From Octopus vulgaris (Eukaryota), in assembly GCA_951406725.2 (NCBI GenBank), contig OX597819.1:72292001-72356000 (forward strand): a stretch of 64,000 bases of DNA, read 5' to 3'. Positions within the stretch are counted from its first letter, which is position 1, and each line of letters opens with the position of its first letter. The notes under the pieces were generated by a model that saw nothing but the letters and a program-made list of their open reading frames with translations, searched no databases and was not told where the DNA came from. The position numbers and the translations under genes were made by a program. Shown piece by piece: positions 25,150 through 39,019 of this stretch.

Positions 25150-26941
25150 TTAATTTAACGCTGATGATTAAAGGATTAGTCGGCAGTAATGCAATATGGT
25201 ATTGTCCCTAGTCTTCCGACTCATAAAGCTGGTTTCCGGTTTCCATGGCATTTAAGTAACTGTGATAACAAAATTCCTCTCGGAGGGGACGCCAGTCCTT
25301 CTAATTGTTTCTCATTAGCTGCAACAAGATGAAATGAGGTGTTTTGCTCAAGAGCTCAACACACTGCCCGGTCCGAGATTCGAAACGACAATCTTGTGAT
25401 CGTGAATGCAACACCCTAACTAGTAAGCAACGCGCCTTCACAGTAGTGCAAAGTCATTAGCGTGTCGGACAAAATGCTTAGCGGTATTTCTTTTGGTTCT
25501 TTACGTTTTGAGTTCACATACCGTCGGGATCAACTCCTCCTTACATCCTTTCTAGATAAAATAAAGTATTAGTCAGGTATTTGGGGTTTATAAAGATAGA
25601 CTTCGCCCGACCCTGCTACAAAAATGGCACAAAAAGCAGGAACAATTATACAAATCCATTTTGCCGATGTTGTAATCACTCAACCAAAATGGCCGCCTTT
25701 TGTTCGTCTTTATGTAAACCTGACTTACAAATCGTCAGCCGTTGTTCGCCAGACTAAGAAATTTGGCAAATTAGTTTATCAGATTGCGTAGAGAAGGCGA
25801 CAGAGAAATAGTGTTTTAGTTTATCAGTTTCTGCTTGTTTACGCTTCTTCAGCTGATAAGCATGTCAATAAAGCAATGATAAGGCGATAATAAGCAACTA
25901 AGTCGACTAACGGTAAACATAACGGTGGTTCTGGTTCTCCAAGACTCTTCTGGGAATCCAGTATCAGTTTCAATTCTATTTCGAGGGGGAAATAGGAGAT
26001 TTTTTGCAGCGGCTGAAAATCTCTTCCAGAAATGTTTTTCTTCATCATAAAATTTTTCCGGGTTTTCGCTACACAATATTTCTAATTGAGATTGATTTCA
26101 CCAGGCATACATACATGCACACACACACACATACACACACACACAAATACACACACGCACAAATACACACACGCACACACACACACAAATATACACACGC
26201 ACATACACACATATACACACATGTACATGCACACAAACACACATACACACATATATACACACACCTACTTGCACACATGTACATGCACACAAACACACAC
26301 ACAAGCACACACACACAAACATGCACATACACACACTCTCTTTCTCTCTATCTCTCACACACGCACGCACACACACACAAACACACGCACATACAGACGC
26401 ACACTCACTCGTTCCCTTATTCGTACGCACACACAAACACACGCACATACACACAGGCGCACACGCACTCACTCATTTACTTATTCATACGCACTCACTC
26501 ATTTACTTATTCATACGCACACACACATGCACCCTTTATCTCTTCCGATTTCTTACATTGGCACATGGCCATACTTCGGAGGTGAAGGAATGCTGCAAAC
26601 TGAAAACTGCAGCAGAACTTGACTGGTGTTTATTTTATCGACTTCAGTGTAATTTCGATTTTGCCGGAAATAAATAAGGAAAGCTCTCAGCGTTGCAATC
26701 TCAGATTCGCCATTCTTGACAAACATTTCAACGGCGAATACACAGCGTGAACCAGTACAAAACCATAATAGTAACTAAAAGGAAACAACAGTAAGACATT
26801 AGTTATATGAAGACACCATTACCACCTGGATAACATCTCCAGCGCTACAACAATGGCCGTGCAAAATATGGAACGTATTTTTGCTGCACTGTGTTTGTGT
26901 ATGTGTGTGTATATATATGTGTACATATATATATATATGTG

Positions 26942-27013
<72 letters not shown>

Positions 27014-27097
27014 TCGAGACAAAACCACTATTTTGCAAAACAAACAAGGAAAGACTTAATCAATACATAAAAATTTTTGATATAAAGAAATAAACCG

Positions 27098-27209
27098 CCA
27101 CTACAATCGTTTCATGTCTTCAATGACATTCGTCAGGTGGATTTTCGATCTAAAATATCTAAACCGCCACTACAATCGTTTCATGTCTTCAATGACATTC
27201 GTCAGGTGG
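27098..27209 (-). ncRNA. Two tandem minimal type I hammerhead ribozymes (27098-27140, 27167-27209)
   Basis: CCAC-CUGACGA-AUGUC-auugaa-GACAU-GAAAC-GAUU-GUA-GUGG, canonical core. Confidence 0.85.
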
Positions 27210-27300
27210 ATTTTCGATCTAAAATATCTAAACCGCCACTACAATCGTTTCATGTCTTGAAACGATTGTAGTGGCGGTTTAGATATTTTAGATCGAAAAT

Positions 27301-27481
27301 CCACCTGACGAATGTCATTGAAGACATGAAACGATTGTAGTGGCGGTTTAGATATTTTAGATCGAAAATCCACCTGACGAATGTCATTGAAGACATGAAA
27401 CGATTGTAGTGGCGGTTTAGATATTTTAGATCGAAAATCCACCTGACGAATGTCATTGAAGACATGAAACGATTGTAGTGG
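27301..27481 (+). ncRNA. Three tandem minimal type I hammerhead ribozymes (27301-27343, 27370-27412, 27439-27481)
   Basis: CCAC-CTGACGA-ATGTC-attgaa-GACAT-GAAAC-GATT-GTA-GTGG, canonical core. Confidence 0.85.
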
Positions 27482-27615
27482 CGGTTTAGATATTTTTGCA
27501 AAATAGTGGTTTTGTCTCGAATTGATATTATATAATATTTTACTATAAAATTGGATTTAATCCTAAATCTGATTTTTTCCCTGTAAATTTGGATTTATTC
27601 CCTAATATTTATTAT

Positions 27616-27665
<50 letters not shown>

Positions 27666-27795
27666 TTTTCACGTTTGTTATATATGTTTTATATCAATTA
27701 TATATGCAAAACTCGCTTTAAAAATTACGCATATTTATTTTGTGAAAACGTATCATTATATTTTTTATTTTTCATACATATTCTTTTATTCTATT

Positions 27796-27975
27796 ATTCT
27801 TTTATTTGTTTCAGTTATCTGACTGCGGCCATCAACCCTAGGACTTATTCTTTGTAAGCCTAGTAATTAATCTATCGGTCCCTTTTGCCGAACCGCTCGC
27901 TAAGTTACGGGGACGTAAACACACCAGTATCGGTTGTCAAGCGATATTGCTGGGGACAAACACACACACACACAC

Positions 27976-28029
<54 letters not shown>

Positions 28030-28191
28030 GACGGGCTTCTTTCAGTTTCCGTCTACCAAATCCACTCACAAGGCTTTGGTCGGCCCGAGGCTATAGTTGA
28101 AGACACTTGCCCAAGGTGCCACACAGTGGGACTGAACCCGTAACCATGTGGCTTGTAAGCAAGCTACTTACCATACAGCCACTCCTGCGCC
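27796..28191 (-). mobile_element. SINE family A with an internal deletion near the tail
   Basis: Reverse complement of the family A head and body. Confidence 0.85.
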
Positions 28192-28239
28192 TATATGTAT
28201 AAACACGTAGAAGACAATTATTCTCTAATTTTGTTAAAA

Positions 28240-29190
28240 ATTTAAACTTAATGGCCATTTTCGCATATTTTCACAGGCCTAAAATAATACCCTATAAAAT
28301 TTTGATGTGAAACAGATTTGAAGGAATATTCATAAACTCATAATACACAAAACTCTGGCTCCAAAAAAACACGGAGCTTAAATTTTCTACGAATTAATCA
28401 AAGTATTTATAGAACAATGAACCCCAAGATAGATACATAGAGACCAACAACTTTTTCACCTACGCACAGCCTCTTGTGAACATCAAAGCTCAAGATAAAC
28501 AAATTTTCTGCACTAACAACACCATGATATTCCCGACTATTAATCTCACCTTCCAAATAAAAACTGGAAACATCCTAAGTAACAAGAACAGTAAGTAGAG
28601 AAACTGACCAGCTAAAACAAACCACCTACTTACATCTTTTCGTGAACCCTTTAAAAATTCCATTACTAAAAGTTGACACATCCAATTACTAAGTTTTTAA
28701 ATACCGGACTAAACTTTGAACCTTTGAACTGTGCATTATCAAAGCAAAGGACTAAATCCTATAAAAACCCAAATCAACTAAAACTACTAGTACATCATCT
28801 ACCTACCTACATCCTTTTGTGAATTACTAAAAATACAATCCCATGACCTGGAGCTGACGCACCTAAATATACACACCGCTTTACAAAGTTCTGCATGCAT
28901 GAATAAATTTTAAACAATAACATAATCCCAAAATGAATCAATAAAATTTCTCCAAAACCCCTCTCCATCAACCCAGTCCCTCCCAAGCGTAATTACCACT
29001 CCACTCAAACCTACTATCCCAATGACTTAAACTCAACAAAGGCTATATGAAACTAAGATTAAGTTCAATGCATCACAGTCTGACGATAGCTTAACTGGTC
29101 GAAGCTTCGAAGTCACTATCAATAATATTCTTGTTTAAAAATAATTTGTACTCTACAAAAGTAACCTATCAGATTAATGTAAAATTGAAC
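28240..29190 (+). mobile_element. Probable 5'-truncated Penelope-like element (endonuclease C-terminus, long 3' UTR, HHR)
   Basis: Decayed EGIFIN...KTLAP..(G)LN-like peptide at ~28320-28385. Motif AGT-CTGACGA...GAAGC-TTCGAA-GTC-ACT at 29077-29117. Confidence 0.5.
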
Positions 29191-29230
29191 ATAAAAACAA
29201 GCAATTGTGTATGTGTGTGTCTGTGTGTGT

Positions 29231-29289
<59 letters not shown>

Positions 29290-29723
29290 TGCACCTGAAG
29301 CTTTCTCCGTACAACATTGTTTCTTATGTCCCTCTTTTCCTCTTAATATTGTTTACTTCGTTTCAAAATATATTTTCCCAGATATTTCTGTGTCTCAATT
29401 CCACGCAACCAACCTCTAGAATTAAAGCTCCGTTAAATTTTCAATATGATATCTCTAAGTAAAAACTAAACATCAAAGTAGTTCAAATATAGCAACAGAA
29501 ATTGAATTGGCGACGCTTCTGAATGTTTAACACAGGATAAGGGAAATGTGAAAACATTTGAGGAAAATGAAAAATGGCGACTCGTATAACTTGATGAAAT
29601 GGAGATACGCGTAGAAGAATCAATATTTTCCTTCACATGCGTGTGTATGTGTGTGTATGTGAGTGTGTCTGTATTGTATATTTGTGTTTTATATGTGTGC
29701 GCATTTGTGTATAGAGAAGGAGG

Positions 29724-29820
<97 letters not shown>

Positions 29821-29840
29821 TATATACATATATACATATA

Positions 29841-29883
<43 letters not shown>

Positions 29884-29949
29884 TGATACATACTCTTGAG
29901 ATGCTTATCAAGAATGGTTAACTGAGCTTTTTTTGCCCTACCTTGTATA

Positions 29950-30005
<56 letters not shown>

Positions 30006-30737
30006 TATACTATTGAAAATTACAAAGACTGTTGAAAGTATATAATTTCCGGCCGTTTTGTTTCATGGTGTTACCGTTTGTAAACGAAAGTGATGTCGCT
30101 ACTTCCGGGATAGAAAATGAGGCGACAATATCACATCCAATACTCCCCCATATGACGTACAGCTGATGACATTCAAAGTGGCAAACATCGATTAGAACCA
30201 CACACATTTTTTTCACTGCTGCTGCTGCTACTGCTGCTACCCTTGCAGTTAAATTTCAGGTCAGCCCTGGCCGAGCAGTCCAATGTACAAAAATATTCCG
30301 TCTGTACTAGTCCAAGCGCATTTCCAAACAGATTGTGAAGTAAATGGTGTCCTTGTTATCAGATGGAGGATGCAAAAACTTTTGCACTATGCAGTGGTGT
30401 TTAGTTCCGGGGTAGGGGTTGTTAGAGCTTTCAGCCCCAAAGTTAGACCCTTGATCCTCCAGGATCTTCTAAATACGCACACCTACACACACACATATAT
30501 AAGTATGTATATGTGTATATAAAGGATAAAGATCCTTCCAGAGTCACATAGACCCATAGGACCGTTTTCCCGATTTCTATGGCGAATATATCCCCCACCA
30601 GAACAGGTGAATGGACTGGGATAACGGGAAATGTTTTCTCAAGAGTATAACGCACATCACCCGGTCCAAGAATGGAAACCACAATCTTACGATCATGACT
30701 CCAACATGCAAACCACTAAGCCATGCACCTCCACATA

Positions 30738-30774
<37 letters not shown>

Positions 30775-30811
30775 GTCTATCTGTCTCTCTCTCCTCACTC
30801 TCCTCTCTCTC

Positions 30812-30871
<60 letters not shown>

Positions 30872-30920
30872 CTCTCCTCTCTCTCTCTCTCTCTCTCCTC
30901 CTCTCTCTCTCTCTCTCTCC

Positions 30921-31022
<102 letters not shown>

Positions 31023-31029
31023 TATATCA

Positions 31030-31260
31030 CTGCATGACTTCTGTGTTTCACTCTAAGGCTGGAACCTCAGTTCTTTTAGCCTTTCCCTGTGGCTCATCTG
31101 CTGCACTGGGACAATCTTCTTGATGTTGCAGTGCCAGATTGCCTCGAAAATCGGTGTTAGCTTGATGCTGTTCAGCGACCATAACTGGAAACGTTAATCC
31201 ATGTGACTGAGAGCAGATGTTCCTCACAGAACCAAAACTGGTTTCATTTCTTTTCTTGTT
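31030..31260 (-). mobile_element. CR1-type LINE fragment
   Basis: Translation VLSHMD*RFQLWSLNSIKL...FEAI...QQMSHRERLKELR matches the CR1 post-RT segment. Confidence 0.7.
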
Positions 31261-31769
31261 CTGAATAATCTCAGAATCGAACCAGCCAGTCGCCTACATT
31301 TGCTTATTTTATGGACCCTGAAAGGATGAAAGGCAAAAATGACCTGGACGGAATTCGAACTCAGAATGTAAAGATCTGAAAGGAATGCCGCTTAGCATTT
31401 TGTAACGATTCTGCATGCTCGTCGCCTTCAGGTAACTTCAGACAATCTCCTCTAAACTTATTGAAGTTTATTTGGCATCAATCGCATAAAAACAACTCTT
31501 TCACATCATTCATATTTTCCATCCATTTTCTTTGTTTCTTTTCTCTCTGTCTATCCTTTTTGTTAGAAGAAGAGTGTATACGCATAACGTAAAAGACTTT
31601 TCCTTTCATATTTCCCGAGTATAAACCTAACACACTCTGCAATTTTTTTCTTTTTACGACATCGTGTTATATTGTTACATAATGCTCTAAACATCAAAAA
31701 CTCTCTCGAGCGTCAAACTAATACATACCATGTGCACGTCCCTTTGTTTGTTATTGTTATTTTTAACGT

Positions 31770-32299
31770 TCGATTTTTCGATTTGACTGTGTGTGTGTGT
31801 AGGTGTGTACGTCCACTCTGTTGTTGTTTGTTCGTTCGAAGCCTTAACTTTCCACAAATTTTATATTTTTTAAATTTTGGGATTCTTATCCAAATTTTTT
31901 GCTTTCTTATGAAGTTTTCCTATCTTGTCGTTAAAAGCACGAAATAAGGAGTAATAAAACAGTCGAAAACTGCCGAGCGAGTTATCTTCTTTTGGTATTT
32001 TGTTCCGTATTTATATCTCGTATATTTACGTGTTTTTCATTCGTTGATGATATCTTGTACTTCACGTATATTTTTATTTATTTATAATCCAACGCCACGC
32101 AGCCTTGTTCACGATAAGTTCTAACATTTATATACAATCTCTGCAACTTCACATTCTGCTTTCTTTCTTTCTCTCTATCCCTCCGTAATCCTCTATATTT
32201 TTCGTTTCTCCCCTCCTTCTTTGCTGTCCTTTTTCTCCCACCCCCTACTATCTTTCGTTCCTTCTCCCTTCTCCTCACTCCCTTTGTTTCTTTCCCTAA

Positions 32300-32365
<66 letters not shown>

Positions 32366-32830
32366 TCCCTTCCCCTTTGCCTATCACTCACACGTGACTA
32401 CAAGCCATTTCTCTCGCACTTGTCTTTTCTGGACAAGACGTTGCCGGGCTGGACGACATTTCTCTCGCATCCCGACATTTTTCTCTTCTATTTTCTTCTC
32501 TTCTATTTATTCTATTTCCTTTAAAAATTTCTCCATTACAATTTGTCTTGGCCTAACGGCCCTTTATGTTTGTCTTCGTCGATTGTTTACTTTGTACATC
32601 CACTCTGTTATTTATTTGTTCGAAGCCCAAACACTCCACCAATTTTATATTTTTAAAATTTCTGGATGCTGCTACCTTATGAAGTTTTCCTATCTTGTTA
32701 GAAGCACGAAATATGGAGTAGAAAAACGGTTGACAACTGACAAGCGTGTCATCTTCTTTTTGATATTTTGTCCTATACTTATTTCTATGTCTTTACGTAT
32801 TTTTCACTCGTTGGTGATATCCTGTACTTA
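31770..32830 (+). repeat. Two diverged copies (~31770-32070, ~32575-32830) of a dispersed repeat
   Basis: Shared TCCACTCTGTT...CTTATGAAGTTTTCCTATCTTGT...GCACGAAATA.GGAGTA...TGATATC.TGTACTT. Confidence 0.65.
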
Positions 32831-33912
32831 ATGTGTATTATATAATATATATATTAGGTCTGTGCGCTCGGAACCATCACTACAGAACTTTATGAAAGAG
32901 AGACAATGATAACCAGAATCAATGCGGTATATGTGCGTCATTGAATGAAAGTGACATACTCTTTTCCAACGCGCATCCCACCTTCAAATTATCAGTGTCT
33001 GGAACCCAGTGGCAAGCGTTGCCAGATGACTGACACTGCTATCAACTGTAGGTTTGATTGCAGTGTCTTAGCCTTTTTCCACCAAAGGATACCAGCATAA
33101 GGATTTGAAAGGAGCATATTTACTCACAATTGGGTGGTAGTTGACTCTCATGAGTTCATCTGTCCTTTAACGAGTCTTGCATTTTATCCCGTAGGGTGTC
33201 CAAAAACCGTCCTTCTGATAAAGCAGGCTTGATGAGGTTTCCAGTTTAGTTATCGATGACTCGATCGTGCAACATGTTGTACAGGATTACGTGTTATCAG
33301 TAGCAGTCTCGAGTGTCTAAATGCAATATATATTTAAGAGAGAGAGAGAGGAAGATTCCTTCGACTGAGAGTGAAGGAGATAGAGAAAGAGAGAAAATGT
33401 GTTTAAGGAGAGCAAGATTTTTGAGAGAGCGGCATAAAAGGATTTCTACGTATAATTTTCACATGTAAAATGCTGAGTTCCTACACAAACTTTTACAGAA
33501 CTGCGCGGGGCGTGTGTATGTGTGCATTTTCCCATACACTTATGTGTCAGCATTTTTCGAGATCTCTTTTCGTCTAAGTTCTGTACATAGGAAAGTGTGG
33601 ATGTTTTTGGGCGAATCGTTTAATTTTAGTGGTCTGCGTATTCATTTCGTTTTCTTTCTCCTCTGAAATAATTTTGTAATACGTTCGTATAATTCGGATC
33701 AAAATTCTTCCGTTTTAAAGTTTCTATGAGTCAGATTGGCTTGAAATATTTTCACGAATAAGATTTTAAGCCCCACTGTATATAAGTTTGAACAGCTTAG
33801 CTTATTGTGACAATGCATAGTTTCGCCTAAAAACAAGGAACGCACATGCAGAAAACAGATTTTTAATTTTAGTACTATACATACAAAAATATATATGTAT
33901 GTATATATTTAT

Positions 33913-33970
<58 letters not shown>

Positions 33971-34009
33971 GCATGTACATATACATATGTATACACACAT
34001 AGTATACAT

Positions 34010-34850
34010 TTACTCTTTTACTCGTTTCAGCCATGCAGCCGTGGTCATGCTGGAGCACCACCATGATCTTTCTGACTTCCGCAATCTGGGTGTTTCACAT
34101 CAACACTCCTGTATGTACCTTTGTCCTAGCTGTTGGTACATTTGGTGAATAAGGAATTTTGATTCTGCTGCCCTCGTCTGTACCTCAAATCGAGCTGTTG
34201 GTTCATCATGTATTGTGGAGAGGCACATGTCTACTTCCTTTTTGAAGACATCTACATCCACCTTATGCAAATTTCTTCATTTTTGTGGCAGGGCATTGAA
34301 GAGCTATGGGCCTTTGAACCCTAGATTATTTCAATACCTGGTCTTGAATTTAGATGGATTGGATGGTACCTTTGGTACAACGCAATGGCGACCAGTTCTG
34401 GCATTTGTACACCACTCGATGCCAAAGTTAGGTTCTAGCCCTTCTAGGATTTTCCATATATATATATTATTGTATATCTCTCACGCCTTCGCTCCAGGGA
34501 GTAAAACTGTAGTTTTCTCAGCCTGTCCCTGTACCTCATCCACTGCACCGTGTCAATATTTTTAGTGTAGTGGCGTTGGATTGCTTCAAGCTCCACTATT
34601 AGTTTGGCAGTATGTGGTGACCATAACTAGGAACAGTAGTTCAGGCGGCTGAGAACAAAGATTCTCCACAGAGTCAACATAGTTTCTTGGTCTCTTGTCT
34701 TGAAGGACCTCAGTCTCCATCCTGCAAGTTGTCTGCACTTTACTGCCATCTTGCTAATGTGCATATTAAATTATGCATCATTGCACATCAAGTCTTTCGC
34801 TGCTTGTAACTCTGAGATTGCAGTGCCTCTGGTCCTGTAAATATAGATTG
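34010..34850 (-). mobile_element. CR1-type LINE 3' portion with tail
   Basis: MAVKCRQLAGWRLRSFKTRDQETMLTLWRIFVLSRLNYCS*LWSPH...ELEAIQRHYT and KGP*LFNALP, then the tail GGTGCTCCAGCATGACCACGG. Confidence 0.85.
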
Positions 34851-34893
34851 TACTGTATTCAAGAGTTGATAGTGCAGTGTTTGCACATATATA

Positions 34894-34983
<90 letters not shown>

Positions 34984-35055
34984 CGTATATATGTATGCAT
35001 ATATAAGCATATATACACTCGTGGACATACACGCACAGACTCGTGCGCACACATT

Positions 35056-35102
<47 letters not shown>

Positions 35103-35188
35103 CTTTGAATACATGATAAATATGATTACGCACATAGCTAAACAATAAACGTTATATCGACATATATATATATGTATGTATGTATATG

Positions 35189-35252
<64 letters not shown>

Positions 35253-35490
35253 CATATATATATATATATGTATGTATGTATACATATAAAATACAATATT
35301 TACATATCTAATGCATATACATGAGTATATATCTAACTTTGTTTACACACTCACTGATGGGGAAGAAGATACATATTTATAAATTTATACATATAATTTC
35401 ATATTCATAAATGTGTGTACATAAATACATATATATATAAATTATATATAAATGTATACATTTTAATCATATATCTCCCGCTTTCACACA

Positions 35491-35551
<61 letters not shown>

Positions 35552-35577
35552 CACACATGTTATATTATATTATATTA

Positions 35578-35627
<50 letters not shown>

Positions 35628-36737
35628 ATATAATGTAATGTGTCTCTCTTCCGGAGATGAAAGGAGAAGGAGGGTGGTCTCTTTTTTCTTCTTTACCTCA
35701 TCTTTACTAATAATAAACACATGTTGTTATGGAAGCGACATCAGTTCGAAAGAATAAATAAATTCATGTGCAAAAAATAACATAAGCTGGGAATGAATTA
35801 ATTTTAGAAATAAAAACATATTTTGGTGTCGTGTGGAGAGCGTGGTGTGTGTGTGTGCGCGCGCGCTTGTATGTGTGTACGTGTGAGAGAGAGAGACAGG
35901 GACAGAGTGTGTATGTATATTTTGTCGGTTTCATTTGCTTATGTTTATTATATTTACTTTGTAAAATAAGTCTAACATGGTATATATGCGTATGTGTGTG
36001 CGTATGTGTGTGTGTGTGTGTGTGTGTGTATAAGTGCTCTTTGTGTGTGGTATGTCTTCATATGTGTACGGTGTATCTGCGTACGTTTTAGGTGTGTGTG
36101 TGTGTGTGTATGAGTATGTTTGAGTATATGTGTAAGAAAACAGACAGACGATAAGGCAGACGATTACACAGACAGACAGATAGACAGAGAAAGACAGGGA
36201 ATGAAATAGAGAGAGGGAGAGAGAGAGACAGATTGCAGTTAGGTCGAATTCGCTATTACAAAAAAAAAATCGAGAAGGAAGCAGGATCTGCGTTTGCAAT
36301 AGGGAAGCGACGTCGATGGTGATGTTGGTGGGGGTGCACTGGGTGAAAAAGTAAAGTGGGGTAGAAATGGGAAGCAGTGAGGAAAGATGAATGATCACTC
36401 ACTCCTTCCCTCTCAATCTTTTTATCATTTCTCTTTTTTCTCCTACCACACACACACACACACACACATACACACATATATTCTCGTCTGTTTTAACCTT
36501 TTGAAGTCTTCCTGTATGGAAGAAGCTTATTTCTAGCATAGATGCAAAGCTCCAACGTTGTATGTATGTATGTATGTATTTATGTATGTATGTATGTATG
36601 TATGTATGTATGTATGTATGTATGTATGTATGTATGTATGTATGTATGTATGTATGCATGCATGCATGTATATATATGTTTGTATGTATGCATGTGTACG
36701 CAATCATCAATATATATATATATATATAATATATTAC

Positions 36738-37105
36738 TTGCCAACCACATGGTTCCGGGTTCAGTCCTACTGGGTTGCACCTTGGGCAAGTGTCTTCTAC
36801 TATAGTCTCGGGCCGACCAAAGCCTTGTGGTTGGATTTGGTAGACGGAAACTAAAAGACGCCTGTCGTATACATACATATGTGTGTGTTTGCATGTTTGT
36901 ATGTCTGTGTTTGTTTCCCCACCATCGCTTGACAACCGATGTTGGTGTGTTTACGTCCCCGTAACTTAGCGAGCAGTTCGGCAATATGAGACCGGTAGAA
37001 TAAGTACTAGGCTTACAAAGAATAAGTCCTGGAGTCGATTTGCTCGACTAAAGGCGGTGCTCCAGCATGGCCGCAGTCAAGTGGCTGAAACAAATAAAAG
37101 AATAA
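36738..37105 (+). mobile_element. SINE family A, 5'-truncated
   Basis: Colinear with other copies. Confidence 0.85.
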
Positions 37106-37210
37106 AATAATACATATGTAGTTCAAATTTACCGAACACAAGATATATGCCGTATACATATATATATATATGTATGTATGTATGTATGTACGTATGTATG
37201 CATATATATA

Positions 37211-37549
37211 TCGACCCCAGTGCGTAACTGCTATCTGTTTAATCGACCCCGAAAGGATGAAAGGCAAGGTCGACCTCGGCAGAATTTGAACTCAGAACGT
37301 AGCGGCAGACGAAATACCTATTTCTTTACTACCCACAAGGGGGTAAACACAGAGGGGACAAACAAGGACAGACAAACGGATTAAGTCGATTATATCGACC
37401 CCAGTGCGTAACTGGTACTTAATTTATCGACCCCGAAACGATGAAAGGCAAAGTCGACCTCGGCGGAATTTGAACTCAGAACGTAGCGGCAGACGAAATA
37501 CTGCTAAGCATTTCGCCCGGCGTGCTAACTTTTCTGCCAGCTCGCCGCC
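37211..37549 (-). mobile_element. SINE family B (MetaSINE-like core), full copy plus a partial tandem duplicate
   Basis: Minus strand GGCGGCGAGCTGGCAGAA...GAGTTCAAATTCC B-box and GAGGTCGACTTTGCCTTTCATC.TTTCGGGGTCGATAAA core. Segment 37211-37318 duplicates ~37394-37500. Confidence 0.85.
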
Positions 37550-38415
37550 ATTTATATATATATATACGTATATATACATATATGAATGTAGGCTATATAT
37601 ATGCACAAACATGTATATATATGTATATATATATATATACATGTATATATGTATATATATGCATATTATATGTGTGTGTGTACGTGCGTGTGTCTATGAA
37701 TAATAAACAGACGGATAGACAGACAGATAGATAGATTTTTTTCCCTTACATCATAAACATATGATGTTCTTAGATATATTATCTTATTATATTCATTATC
37801 AACATGTCTCTACAGATAAACACACAATGTAATGGAAATTTAAAATTGAATTTTGCTATGTTGTCAAATGAATTGATATGCAAATGCTTAATGTTGACGA
37901 ATGCTACTGATTCCACTGGGCGATGAGATAAATAGCCGCAGGCGGATTTACTTCTGTGTGTAAGGAAACGGGAAAGACAAATCTTGACAAATCAGGGAAA
38001 TTTTCTTCGGCCCGTTATGTCGCGAGAGCTCTTTGTTATAATGCTAGGTCTCTTTCAATACCGATGTTATGTGAATGTTAATTAAATGTACTAGGTCAAA
38101 ACTTATATATTTCTTTTTTCTCGCCATTTCTCTTTCTCTATTTATCTGATAAATGACAAACCCCCCGAATCAATCTAACTCCTTCTCTCTCCATTCAAGC
38201 GTTAATCTTATACAGCGTTTGTTTAACTTTGTTCCTCCTCTGTTGTCCTTTTTTTATTCATTGTTATAGATATATGTGTGTGTATATATAAATATAAATA
38301 TGTATGTATGTATACATACATACATACATACATACACATATATATGTAACATACGGTATAATTATAAACAGGACAAATTTTAGCAATTTCTCCGCAGACT
38401 GAAAAAAATGATGAA

Positions 38416-38459
38416 CAATCTTAATCGATTTTCGAACCTTATTGGGTTCTTATCAGTTG
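38416..38459 (-). ncRNA. Degenerate PLE-type hammerhead motif
   Basis: caa-CTGATAA-GAACC-caataa-GGTTC-GAAA-ATCGAT-TA-agattg. G8A in the core and a damaged stem I. Confidence 0.45.
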
Positions 38460-38835
38460 AGTCTACAGCATTCTGGCAATCTCCAGAGAAACAAGTAACC
38501 AAACAGCTTATATATATTCAACAAATGCAGCAGTTACTCTATGAAGGAGTCCCTAATTTGCATACTGACAGTGTTTAACACTCTGTAAATACCAGCGGCC
38601 TCTCAATGGAGATCTTAGTTTAAACAGTATCAAGGTAAGATATAATAAATATCGGTTCGGCAAAAGAGACCGATAGAATAAGTACTAGGCTTACAAAGAA
38701 TAAGTCTTGGGGTCGATTTGCTCGACTAAAAAGGCGGTGCACCAGCATGGCCGCAATCAAATGACTGAAACAACTAAAAGAATAAAAGAATGTATACATA
38801 TATACATGTATATGTGCATGTATATATGTACGTAT

Positions 38836-39019
38836 ATCACAGAGCTGCCTTTTTCCCTTTCTCTTGTAGAGATGGGCTATAGAAGAGTCCTTGGACAACA
38901 GGGGAACAACTTCCTGTTGCCATATGGTCAGAAAAAGATTGGCTACAGCTGGACATACCATGCCCCACCCAACTCTCCCATGTGATGTCTTTGGTCATCG
39001 TCGAGAACGACGGATGAAC

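Larger units (their letters stand above)
27011..27608. mobile_element. Fold-back PLE-derived element with a palindromic array of 69-bp hammerhead repeats
   Basis: Identical 69-bp units: two plus a partial on the minus strand, then a partial plus three on the plus strand, with the inversion centre at ~27255. Same outer arms and tail as 2474-2933. Confidence 0.85.

Noticed and set aside
27091-27495. CRISPR-like regularly spaced repeats
   Set aside because: The units are identical over their whole length with no unique spacers, the context is eukaryotic and there are no cas genes. HHR tandem repeats explain them.
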